Made by a program: the position numbers and the translations under genes
NCBI RefSeq assembly: GCF_001447785.1
Contig: NW_015166492.1
Location: 196,795-260,794, forward strand
Source of the DNA: Gekko japonicus
Lineage: Eukaryota
Direction of reading: 5' to 3'
Length of the DNA stretch: 64,000 nt
Shown here: positions 51,041 through 62,879 of the stretch, piece by piece
Numbering within the stretch: the stretch's first letter is position 1
How the letters are laid out: each line of letters starts with the position of its first letter
Notes under the pieces: model-generated
The model's input: only the letters and a program-made list of their open reading frames with translations
What the model was told of the DNA's origin: nothing
The model's database searches: none

Positions 51041-54000
51041 TGGATATCTCCCGCTATTACAATGGATCTCCAGGCGATAGATATCAGTTCACCAGGAGAA
51101 AACTGGCTGCTTTGGAAGGTGGACTCTGTGGCATTATACCATATCGCCCTCCCCAGGCTCCACCCCCCAAATATCCAGATATTGCTTAACCTGGAACTGG
51201 CAACCCTACTTTCCATTTGTGGGTGGACAAGCAGCAGGAGGGGGGAGATTTTGACTGGGGGGGGGATGTTAACCCCACCCGCTCTTGCTTCCACAGCAGC
51301 TCTGATCAGACTCAGGGCCCCTCTGTAGCTGCTTTGAAGTTTTTAAAAAAAGCTTGTTGGGAGATACTATTGCACCGTGTCTAGTTTGGCTTTGACGTGG
51401 AGCCCAATTTACAGGGATCGGCGGCACAAGCCCCACAGAGACACAAAACAGTCCTGCACAACTATTGTGAGTTTTAGTGGGATTTGTGCGGGAGAATTTC
51501 TTGGTGGATTGTGCCCGCAGGCGCCTAAGTCAGATCTAGGGTTGCCAGCCTCCAGGTGGGGCCTGGAAACCTCTTGCAATCACAACTGATCCCCAGACCA
51601 CAGAGTTCGGTTTCCCTGGAGAAAACAGCTGCTTGGGAGAATGGACTGCAAGGAGTTACATGCTGCTGTGGGGTCCCGTTCCTTCCTTCCCCAAACCCAT
51701 CTCTCCCCTGGCTGCACTAGGGCTGCCAGGCTCCAGGTGGCGGCCGGAGATCTCCCACTGTTACAGGCGACCGACATCAGTTCACCTGGAGGAAATGGCT
51801 GCTTTGGAAGGTGGACTCTGTGGCATTATACCCTACTGAAGTCCCTCCTTTCCGAAACCCTGCCCTGCTCAGGCTCCACCCCCCCCCCAAATCTCCAGGA
51901 ATTCCCCAACCAGGAGCTGGCAACTCTGCAACTTTGCTTTTCTTTGTTTAACGGCACCCAATATTCTGAGTCAGATGCTCTGGCTTGCCTGTTATATGGT
52001 CTCCTCTGGCTGGTGGCACTTCAAGAGGTAGATCGATGGCCTTCGGAGTCTTCTGGCAGCCACCTGACGCACATAAATCCAGCAGGTGAACCCCAGGCCC
52101 TTGGAAGTATCTGCTGCTTGGGTGTGTGTGAGTCAGGCTGCTGCTACAGGCACAGAAAACAAAGATGGCCACCACAGCTGAGTGCGTTGAATGGAAAAGA
52201 AGACATACATCCATTTTCCTTTTCAGCCCCCTTTTGTCAGGCTGAAGAGACTGGACGTCCCACAGGAAGAGGAGTCTTCCCCACACCAAAACAAGCCCAA
52301 AGAGGTAACCAGGGCTGAATGAAATGGTGTACAAATCCAGGGGCCCCTCTTGGGAAAGATAATTTACCTGGGGAAAACTCTGCTCTCTTCCTCTTGCCCT
52401 CTGCGGAGTGTGATCACGTAGGGTTGTTGCCAGCGTGAGGCTAGCAACTGGTGGTAGTGGTGGGGTTACCGGTGATGTTATTACATCACCAGCAGTATGC
52501 TGATGTCAGTGCATCACCAGTGATGCTCTAGCATTCAGCCCAAACTCTATGGTTTAACCATAGAGTTTTGATCAAATGCTGGAGTGGTATCCTGACGTCA
52601 AGAAGCTGGCAGGCCCCCCCCCCCCGTTTTCCTCCCGCTGCCCAGCTGAGCAGCAACAGGAAGGGCACGCTGGTGGGAGGAGATCCTCTGCAACCATAGG
52701 ATTAGGCACAGCTTGTGGAAGTTTCAAGCAGAAATTCACCTGGCAAAGCTTTCCTCCAAAGTGGGAAATGATTCACCGGGTGAATTTCTGCTTTCAAGGC
52801 ACAGGAGCGATGGCTGGAGGAAAACCGTAGCAATTCCGATACTAAACTATTTAACATTTTATAGCTGATAAGAGGGTCATGCTTGCAACACTCCTATTAT
52901 GCAGAGGGTCCCTGCTTGAGGGCGGCCTCCTCCCATTACACAAGCCCCTCCTCTACACATGGCATTATGCATCTCACAATAAACATGCCTGGGAGGACAA
53001 GCACAAGCGTACTGAGCCCATCTGCTCCACCTATGCACAGCTGCTGGCTCCTGAACAGAGAGGGCCAAGTCTACTCATCGCAAAGTCCTTCTGTTTGTTG
53101 GGGGACGACACGAGGACTCTGCATCTGACGTGCCGCTTTTGGCTCTGTTGCTCAGGTGGCCACGTTTAGTTTTTGCAGCAGAGCCCATAGTGTCTCCACA
53201 GGACAGTTTGAGGATGTGAAAAGAGCCCTGGGTGGTGGGAGGCTGAAGCTGCTTTGCCTCAGGCACCGTGGTCAAAAAGTTCCGTTTTGTTGGCTTGCAG
53301 TACGTAACTGTAATCCGATCAATAGCAAATCTATTTGCAAGTGCACATTAAGTGCAATATTTTTCACACAACAAGGTGCAATATTTTTCACACAACAAGG
53401 TTCAGACCCTCGGAATAATTTTGGGATAAGACCGTGCATCTGTGGGAGTTGCCCCTGAGGAACCATCTTATGGGTCCGTTGAAGTAAAAGGTTTGGGAGG
53501 GAAGGAAAGAGCATCTGGTTTGTATGCAGGAGGTTCCCAGGTTCAGTCTTTGGCATCTCCAGTTAAAAGGGACCAGGCAGTAGGTGGTGGGAAAGACCTC
53601 TGCCTGAGATCCTGGAGAGCTGCTGTCAGCCTAAGTAGATAGTACTGACCCTGATGAATCGATGTTCTGCTTGACGTGCAGAAGGTCCCAGGTTCAATCC
53701 CTGGCATCTCCAGTTCAAGGACCTGGCAGTAGGTGATGTGAAAGACCTCTTCCTGAGAGCTGCTGCCACTGCGTAGACAATATTGACCCTGGTAGACTAA
53801 TAGTGTGATTTAGTATAAGACAGCTTCATGTGCTCATTTGCGTTCATGTCAGTTATACACCTGGGAGGTCGGAAACTCTCATGGCAAAGCTGAAACAAAG
53901 TCCTCATATCATCCCCCAACAAACACAAAAGGTGAGATTTGCCTCAGAGTCTGCATGGGCAGGAGGTGATTTGAAATGCTCATTATCTGTGTATTCTCCA

Positions 54001-54094
54001 TGGTCACAACCTGGTTAGTGTGTCAAGATGGGTAGCCATGTTAGTCCATCTGTAGCAGTAGAAAAGAGTAAGAGTCCAGTAGCACCTTAAAGAC

Positions 54095-54298
54095 TTTTGT
54101 GGCAGGGGAGTCACTGCTGACTTCTTTATTTTGTGGCAGGGGAGTCACTGCTGACTTCTTTATTTTGTGGCAGGGGAGTCACTGCTGACTTCTTTATTTT
54201 GTGGCAGGGGAGTCACTGCTGACTTCTTTATTTTGTGGCAGGGGAGTCACTGCTGACTTCTTTATTTTGTGGCAGGGGAGTCACTTCTGACTTCTTTA
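54095..54298 (+). repeat. Minisatellite, 6 x 34 bp (TTTTGTGGCAGGGGAGTCACTGCTGACTTCTTTA)
   Basis: Six contiguous units, only one mismatch (last unit), no spacers. Confidence 0.95.
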
Positions 54299-55150
54299 TC
54301 TGAAGAAGAGAGCCGTGACTCACGGAAGCTCATCCCCTGCCACAAATTTTGTTAGTCTTTAAAGTGCTGCTGGACTCTTACTCTTTTCTACTGGTTATTG
54401 TGTGTATGCGGGGAGTTGGGGCTACTCCACCTTTACACGGATTGGTTTTAGTGGACACAATGTGCATGTGCAGAGCGAAGCTTCTACTCCACCTGCCTTA
54501 TACCCTGTTGGTTTACCCTCCAATAATCTACTGATTTGAAAACCAAGACAGGCCTTATTTTCAAAGACATATTTGAAAAACGTAAATCATCCGTTCAAAA
54601 TATACCTTAACTGCTGCCGGCTGCAAACTTGCCAGGCTGCATGTGGCCTGGTGCTTTAGTGCTCATGTGTGTTCATCGACAAGCACACGGATGAAATGCT
54701 GCCATCCATCCACTGAGACAAAGCTGAGCCCTGAATGCTCACGATTCATGCAACATTTGAACAAGACATGTTCCCGCCCCCAAAGATAACAGCGAAAGCA
54801 AAATTAAGGCACTGATTTACCAGACAGAGGTGCCAGATCATCACTTGGGTTTTGGCCACTGTGGGACACAGAGTGTTGGACTGGATGGGCCACTGGTCTG
54901 ATCCAACATGACTTCTCTGGTGTTCTTATCAGAACCATCCTTATAGCTCGAGCAGGTGATGTACCTCCTCTTTCTATTTTGGGAGGCAGCTGCTGAAGCC
55001 TGCCAGGTAGATGGGCATTCAGCCATGCTCCCAGTACCATTTGGGGCCTTTGCAAATTGTTTCTCTTTGTCCGCGGAGGACAGTGTCCTGTAAGCCACAC
55101 CTCCACTCAGAGCAAGAAAGAACAGCCTTCTGGTCTGCTTCTCCCCACAG

Positions 55151-55438
55151 CCGCAGGACCCGAACGTCGAGTGGGAAGTGGTGAAAGACCAGCAAGCCCG
55201 GCTGCGGGTGCTGGAGACCAGACCCCGGAGGACAGAGGAGAGGGCGGCGGTGGAACAGGGGGCGCCCAGCCGGCAAGGCATGGTGGCAAACCGGACTCTT
55301 AGGCAGCAGGCCCGGGTGGGGCTCACCCCTCGGTGGTGGGGCCCAGCGTCACAAGCCCAAGCCCGGAAGGAGGCCGACCCTCACAAGCTGCCGAGGACGG
55401 CTTTGCCACCCAAAGCAGGCGGCAAAAAGTGGACCAAG
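55151..55438 (+). CDS. PLD3/4-like gene, candidate exon 3 (96 aa, basic, disordered)
   Basis: ctccccacag acceptor, CpG-retaining open frame PQDPNVEWEVVKDQQARLR...KAGGKKWTK, AAG|GTATCG donor, phase 0/0. Confidence 0.65.
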
Positions 55439-55522
55439 GTATCGGAAGATTCTTATTTCCATTGTTTCTTGGGCAGCAGGGAGTTCTCCTGTACGAGTTC
55501 CTTTGAAATGAATATGCCCCCG

Positions 55523-55760
55523 TGCGTGCCCTCACCTGCATAGCTCAGGCTAGCCTGATCTCGTCAGATATGCGTGCCCTCACCTGCATAGGTCAGGCTA
55601 GCCTGATCTCGTCAGATCTCGAAAGCTGAGCAGGGTCGGCTCTGGCAAGTATTTCGATGGGAGACCTCCAAGGCACACCAGAGCCAGGAGGCAGAGGCAG
55701 GCAATGGAACACCACCTCTGAATGTCTCCTGCCCTGAAAACCCCACAGGGTCACCCCTAA
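55523..55760 (+). mobile_element. 5S-derived SINE with a 48-bp tandem duplication at its head
   Basis: GCCTGATCTCGTCAGATCTCGAAAGCTGAGCAGGGTCGG...GATGGGAGACC. Another copy at ~56168-56365. Confidence 0.75.
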
Positions 55761-56603
55761 ATCATGTGCATACCGTGGGCACTGTTTGGATTCTCCGGGG
55801 CAGGTCCCCAGCAGACTCAGGCCAGCCCTCTGTGTGGATGGGGTAGAGTTTCTGTCTCTCTACCAGGCCAATGTTTCTGTTCCTTGTCAAGGTGGCGTGG
55901 AGCGAACAGGTGTTTCCTGCTGCACTCCAGGTGGAAGGAGAGGATCCTACCCACTTCCTCTCCGCCTCCATGTTAAAAAGAGGTCACGGCACATGCTGGG
56001 CTCCGTTTTTAACCTGTATGTGATTGAAGCCTCCATCTTCAGAGGCAGTCTACCATTGAATGCCAAATGTTGGAGACAAAGAAGAAAGGGTTGTCGCCTT
56101 TATGTGGGTGCCCCAGTGGCTGGCCACCCTTGGAAACAAAACACTGGGGCCAGGCAGCCCTTCTGTCCAGATAGCCCAGGGTAGCCCAGTCTTGTCAGAC
56201 CTTGGAAGCTAAGCAGGGACGGCCCTGGCTAGTGTTTGGATGGGAGACCACCAAAGAATACCAGGGTCACGACGCAGAGCCAGGCCATGGCAAACCACCT
56301 CTGAATGTCTCTTGCCTTGAAAACCCTACAGGGTCGCCAGAAGTCGGTTGTGACTTGATGGTAAAAAAGAAAAGAGACAGCCCTTGGGTCTGAGCCAGTA
56401 GGCAGAACTGTCTTTAGGTCCGGCTGTGATTTCCTTGGTGGGGTGGGCACTGTGACAGAGTCTGAGAATTCCTGCTTGCAAGTTGCAGCGGACAGAGTCT
56501 GAGGACCGGGTGGCCTTTTGAAGGGTCTGTTTGGAAGGCTGGGGTCGGCGTGAACGGGCAGATGTGTCTTTTCAACCTCTCTCCGCCTTTTCCCTTCTCT
56601 TAG

Positions 56604-56791
56604 CGACTCTTTTCTCTGCCCAGTCTCTGCCTCCTCCTCTTCCTGCTCATCCTGGGCTTCGCTTGCTGGTACACATGGAGATACGGAAGCCCCGTCTCTT
56701 TCCTGGGGTTGGCTGCTGCATACGGGCAGTGGGGACTGAGCAGCTTGCCGAGGCTGTGGAGCAGGACTGAGGAATGCAGCACTCAGTGCAG
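56604..56791 (+). CDS. PLD3/4-like transmembrane exon: RLFSLPSLCLLLFLLILGFACWYTWRY...TEECSTQC
   Basis: Acceptor ttctcttag, hydrophobic TM helix, AG|GTAAGG donor (phase 2). Splices in frame to give CSTQCSLVLVESIP (cf. PLD3 CYDPCEAVLVESIP). Confidence 0.85.
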
Positions 56792-58991
56792 GTAAGGGAG
56801 GGGTGTGTGTACGCGCTCCGGCCAACCTGTACATGTTTGGGATGTGGCTACGGGTGCCAGCCTCCAGGTGGGGCCTGGGGATCTCCCGGAATTACAGTTC
56901 CTCTCCAGACTATGGAGATCAGTTCCCTTGGAGAAAATGGACACTTTGGAGGGTGGACTCTATGGCCATGTGCCCCACTAAGGTTCCCTGTCCTCCCCAG
57001 GCTCCACCCCCAAATCTCCAGGAGTTTCCCAACCTGGAACTGGCAACCCTACCCTCCCACCCCTGCTGGTTGCGGGGGGGACCTGGCAACCCTAAAGAAC
57101 GGCAAGTGAATTTGTAAGATGATTTCCCCCCCCCCCATTTGTACCACCACCACCTTTCTATCAAGAAGCAGTCTGCCCCCGAAAGCACAGTAAGTTTTAA
57201 TTTTACTAAACTACAAATTATGCAGTATTCTGTGTACCTCCCCACCCTTTAAAATGAAAAATAGCCACTGGAGGCTGCAATTGAGAGTGGGAGGCTGGGG
57301 GGAAGGGGGATCTTTAGTCCCTTTTGCTCGTCTGTTTTTCCTTTCAAAATGGCCTTCCCCTTCGTGCCGGGGAAGAAATATTGCTTTTTCCTTCTGGAGA
57401 GGAAAGGCAGCTTGAGGGGAGGGGGCAGTTTCAAGAAGAGGAGGGCCACACACCCCTCCTTTTCACTTGTTTTTCTTCACTCCTAATTGTTGCAGCCTGC
57501 GGTGGCTGCTTTTCATTCTGAAAAAAATTGGGAGGGTTACATAGCTTTCTGCATAACAAGTGATACAGGCCTTAGAAGAAGGGTCCAACGTCAGAAGACA
57601 CCAGAACATATTAATTTATTTCAATGAAAATATGTATATCCTGGCTTTTGTGCGATTGGCCATATTCCGTGGTGGCTATCAAAGGACACCCCACACACAC
57701 ATCACAGACTGGAACAAATCATGAAAATGACAGTAGCAAACCAAATAAAACAGCAGATCTGTCCATCTAACAATACTACCACTAGTACCAGGGCTTTTTT
57801 TGTAGAAAAAGTCCAGCAGGAACTCATTAGCATAACAGGCCACAACAGCAGAAACTCATTAGCATATTAGGCCACACCCCATGCCTTCCCTTGGCTTGCC
57901 CGGGTGTCCCGTGGCTGCGGGGAACTCGGGCAAGCCGGCCCTTGGACAGGCTAGGGAAGGCACGGGGGGGGCTTTAAAAGCCTCCCCCATACTTCCCGGG
58001 TCCCCCTGGCTTGCCTGCCTCGGAGTCGCCGGGGTGGGGTGGGGTGTCGCTCTCCAGGCCTCCCCTCTGTAGCCACGTACGCGCAGAGGTTTTGGCTGTA
58101 GTGGGCATGGCCAACTCTGAAGCCAGCCGGAACTCCGTTCCTATGCGTTCCAGCCCCAAAATAGCCCTGAGTGCTACGATTGCAGGTTTTCAGCCATCAG
58201 ACCAACTCGAATGCTCAGAGCTGGCTTGGCTGTTGACTTAAATTAAGGACCTAATGGTTAAGAAGATCTGAATGTATAGGCCCAATAATCCTGTTAGCCA
58301 AATTAAAAACATTAAATATTGACAAATATGCAAAAATATACCTGTATTTATTACAAGGTAGATTAAAAACAGATACTGGGCCTGGTGGCAGCCTCAATTT
58401 AGAATAAAATTGTACAGTGACAATAAAAAAATAACCATTGTTGACCCTGACCATACATGTTTCGACCCACTGCCGTTCCTCAGTGGTCAAACAAATGATA
58501 TTACAGAATGGCTCCTGATGTTACAATGCAACAATCTTTTCTTTAAAATCGAACAAGATGAAATTTTTTAATGATTATTGTCTGTGACCAAAGGCAAAGA
58601 TATTAATCAGAGGCCTCATTCTTGATCATTTGCTGCCATGGGCAGATATACTTTAGTAATGGTTCAGTTGTGTACCTTTCGGTGTAGTGGTTAAGAGCGG
58701 TGGACTCCAATCTGGAGAACCGGGTTTGATTCCCCGCTTCTCCCCATGCAGCCAGCTGGGTGACCTTGGGTCAGTCACAGTTCTTTCAGAGCTCTCTCAG
58801 TCCCACCTACCTCACAGTGTTGCAGGGAGAGGAAGGGAAAGGAAAATGTAAGCCACGCTGAGTGAAAGGCGGGCTATAAATCCAACTCTTCTTCTTTTCC
58901 TTCTTCTCACTTGGTCAGAAAAAATTGATGCAGCCAGGAGCCAATAGTGATGTACTATTACATTTTCTTCCTCTCCCTTCTTTGGCTCCAG

Positions 58992-59175
58992 CCTAGTGTT
59001 GGTGGAGAGCATCCCAAGCAGCTTGACATACCAACCAGATGACCCTCATCATTTGAGTATCTATCAGGCCTGGATGGACCTTCTGGCCAGAGCCAACAGC
59101 AGTGTGGATATTGCTGCTTTCTACTTCACTCTCCGAGACTCAGATATTAAGGTGGAGGATCCCTCTTCCCAACAG
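58992..59175 (+). CDS. PLD3/4-like luminal exon: SLVLVESIPSSLTY...VDIAAFYFTLRDSDIKVEDPSSQQ
   Basis: LVESIP and DIAxFYxTL motifs of PLD3/4/5; canonical AG/GT. Confidence 0.93.
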
Positions 59176-61184
59176 GTCAGATGTGTTTCTGGGGCATGGC
59201 ACAGCAGTGGGGGGGGAAGTATGAAGGCTGCATCACCTCAAACCGTTTGTAGAGGATGTGGGGAGAACTGCAGCAGAGGTTGGCCAGTGGATTAGGCAGG
59301 GCTGCTGGGTGCTGCAGACACACTAAGAGGGGAACAGCTACAGAGGGTTGTACGTGTTCCAAGCACAGCTTGTGGTGTTCCTGGGGCTTTGAAGAAAAAC
59401 CAGACCTGCTTTTCCTCCAGCTCAAAGGCAAATCTGTGGAGGAGCGTCTGTAAAGTCATAAAAACATAAGAAGAGCCCTGCTGGATCAGTCCATCTAGTC
59501 CAGCATCCTGTGTCATGCAGTGGCCAATCAGAGCCAGTTTGGTTTAGTGGTTCTCTCAGAGCTGTTATCTCAAGGGCAGTTCTCTCAGAGCTCTCTCAGC
59601 CCCACCTACGTCACAGGGTGTCTGTTGTGGCGAGAGGAAGGAAAAGGAGATTGTAAGCCACTTTGAGACTCTGAGTGAAGGGTGGGGTATAAATCCAGTC
59701 TCTCCTTCTTCTTCCTCTGAATGGCCAACAACAGGCATATAGGCCGAGACCTTCCCCTGATGTCCCCCTGATGAACATCCCATGAGGATGCTCTCTCCAT
59801 TATTATTACAAGGAAGGAGACAAAGCTAAACTCCGTTTTCAAAATGGCAGTGCATGGCTGCCATGCACCATCTCCCACCTTTAGCACTTTTGTTGTCCCT
59901 TTCCCTGATGTATGAGATGTAGCATTACCACACAGCTCAGTAGGAAAAACGCAAGTAAGCAGAAAAGGGGGCTTCCACTCCATGGGGGCCTCAAGCATAA
60001 CTCCCATCATGTCTGTGTGTTTGTATAAGTTTGACGGTGGGGAGGGGAAAGAGGGGGAGCGGTGGCAGCAGTGAGCAGCATGAGAACAGGAGTGCATGGG
60101 ACATTGTTCATTTCTCCATTACTTGCTGCTGCCGCCACAACTTCTTGTCCCTGTCTGGAAGTAGTTTTAGAGGCAAGGACGGGTTATTAAATGAACAGTC
60201 CAAGGTCAACACTCAGCTAAGTTCACATTCTGCATTCACAGTCATTTAATTTTCTATTCCTAGTCCTATTGCACTAGTATTGGCATTCCTAATATTTCTA
60301 GTCCTGTTGCACTGGTATTGGCATTCCCCATATTCCAAATCCTGTGCCATTATTCATTTGCATTATATATCTTATACGCATCATTGCTCACACTGTCATT
60401 CAGTTTGGTTCTCCTAGTCTTCCTGCACTGTTCATTCAGTGTCCTAAACTGTATGATTACATTTCTCCCTGACCCCTTTCTGTACTCTGTAATCTGCCAT
60501 GAGTCTCAGTGAGAAAAGCGGGTTATAAATAAACTAATTTAAAAAATTAAAATAGATTCTGCAGCTATATACATTTTACATTAAAGAAAAGATCCAAAGC
60601 AAATAATAAAAACTTTTAAAAGAAACCAGGCTTCAGGCATGCCGCCCTCCAACCAGCCCTTCCTCAGCAACGTGGAGGTAAATAACTCTTGAATCTACGT
60701 TACAGGGGTGTTATAAGCAGGACTATTTGGGGGCAGGAACGCATAGGAACGGAGTTCCGGCTGGCTCCTGAGTTGGCCACGCCCAGCAGGAACTCATTAG
60801 CATAATAGGCCACACCTAACAGCAGAAACTCATTAGGATTGGCTACATTAGGGGTGTGTGGCCTAATATGCAATGGAGTTCCTGCTACAAAAAAAGCCCT
60901 GGGTTTTGACAACAAACAAGGCAAACAGAATAAGAAGCAAAAGGTGGGTGTGGCTGGATGACCACACTTCTGGTAGCATGGGGTGTGGCCTAATATGCTA
61001 ATGAGATGTGTTGTCAGGGGTGTGGCCTAATATACTAATGAGTTTCTGCTGTTGGGTGTGGTCTGTTATGCTAATGAGTTCCTGCTGGGCTTTTTCAACA
61101 AAAAAAGCCCTGGTTATAAGGAATACTGGGAAGTGCAAACTGTGTCATATAAATACTAAATATTAAGGTGGTGTTGTCATACAG

Positions 61185-61299
61185 GGCAGAGATGTGTTCG
61201 ACTCACTGCTGGGCCTGCCTTCTCGGGGGGTGAAGCTCAGCATTGCTGTGAATAGCCCTCAGATGTCAGAGGATGACACAGAGGAGTTGGCCCGCCAAG
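61185..61299 (+). CDS. PLD3/4-like exon: GRDVFDSLLGLPSRGVKLSIAVNSPQMSEDDTEELARQG
   Basis: Matches the PLD3-type segment (RGVxxxIAV); CAG acceptor, G|GTAATG donor, phase 0/1. Confidence 0.9.
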
Positions 61300-61869
61300 G
61301 TAATGGCAGAAATTTTCCTAGTAATGACAGTCATCTTCTAAGGTCTTTCGAGAGTCAGTGAGGTTTAGTGTAGCGGTTACTGCGTTGGGCTACAATGGAA
61401 GAAGCATGGGTTTAGTTTCCAGAATTTGCCAACTGCCTTGAGGGAAAAAAAACATCCTGTCCCTTTAGTACAGGCTTAATGGGATGTTATTATTTACCAA
61501 GTCATGTTCTTTACCTCCATGCCTTGAAAAGCTTTGGCTGCCCATTTCCACACGTTCCCCACGCTCTTAAAAGGACAGGACATTTTTCTCCACGCCTTTT
61601 GGTAACCCTACACCTCTGTGTTCCGCAGTGGATTCTGAGAGTGTTCTAAGCACTCCCCACATGCTTTGAAGCATAGTTTTGCAAACGCTGTGGAATAAAA
61701 CTGGGGTGCCCAACTTTTTTGAGCCTGCAGGCATCTTTGGAGTCCTGGCACAGCCTGGTGGGCACAGCCACAAAATGGCCGCCGGCGGAGATGGGGCCAG
61801 CCACAAAAAGAATCGCCGAAGTTTTATTTCAGTCACACAGCGAAGATCCTTGTGCTGTGGTGGTAGCTG

Positions 61870-62248
61870 TGACGGTATTTTAGAACGCCGGAAATAACAG
61901 CAGAGTCTCTGTTTCTTATATATAGGGTATTTACATTTATTTACACTGCACACTGGATACAAGTATACAGTCCTTCTGTAGCAAATACAGTGTTCAGAGC
62001 GACAAAGTGCTACACGGACAGATAATCCCATAACAGAGATGTGCAGTGCTGTACAAGCTGCAATATATATATTTACACCAACCAATCAGGTCACAGTAAT
62101 TACACTAGCTGAGTCATGGTGACTGTTCCAGAATCTGATGCAATCTTTTAGTCACCTGACACCTGACTGTCAGACTAGATCAGCATGATCTGACACTTCA
62201 GCTAATGACTCACTGACATCTTGCCAGGAATATATCCAAATATTGTCA
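61870..62248 (-). mobile_element. Solo LTR (379 bp) inside a hAT MITE in a PLD intron
   Basis: TGAC...GTCA termini, perfect 5-bp TSD AGCTG, TATA-like and AATAAA signals on the minus strand. Confidence 0.8.
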
Positions 62249-62623
62249 AGCTGCTGCCAAAGCAGCATTTTTAAAAAATCTGCCCAGCCAATCAAATCTT
62301 TCATGCCTCATCAGAAGCATTGCTGGATAGAAGGCCCACCCGGCGACTCCCTTCTTTCTAAAAACACTTGGCGGGGACTAGGAAAGGAGTCGGCAGGTAT
62401 CATGGTGCCCATGGGCACCCTATTGGGGACACCTAGTCTAGCAACATGCTGAACTTTGGTTCCCAATACTTCACTGTGGAAAATTGACTTAGTTGACTCA
62501 TCCCTAATAGACTTTTTGTTCTTCCTCTACCACCTTTGGCCCCTGAAACAGATGAGGGACAAAGCAAGGAGGCCTTGGCCGTTTGCCAGGGCAAACTTAA
62601 TTCATTCTCTGCATCCTCCGCAG

Positions 62624-62751
62624 GTGCTGACATACAGTATGTGAACATGAAGAATTTGACGGGGGGGATTGTGCACACCAAGTTCTGGGTAGTTGATCGG
62701 ACGCATGTCTACATAGGCAGCGCCAACATGGACTGGCGCTCGCTCACTCAG
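62624..62751 (+). CDS. PLD3/4-like exon with first HKD motif: [43 protein letters not shown]
   Basis: Intact HxKxxxxD and [12 protein letters not shown] signature of PLD3/PLD4. Confidence 0.96.
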
Positions 62752-62879
62752 GTACCTCCAGGGTGGGGTGGGTGTGGGTCAAATGGGGGGGTTGGAGATG
62801 GCTCAGCGGAAGCGCCCTGCTAGAGGGGAGGCCAGCTGGAGCGAGAGAGGCCCTTTCTGCAGTGTTCTTTGTGTGGCAG

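Noticed and set aside
51641-52318. 225-aa ORF in a PLD intron
   Set aside because: First half is MITE family B sequence; no domain or compatible splice sites identified.
54095-54298. CRISPR-like array of 34-bp repeats
   Set aside because: Units are contiguous with no unique spacers, the DNA is vertebrate and there are no cas genes; it is a minisatellite.
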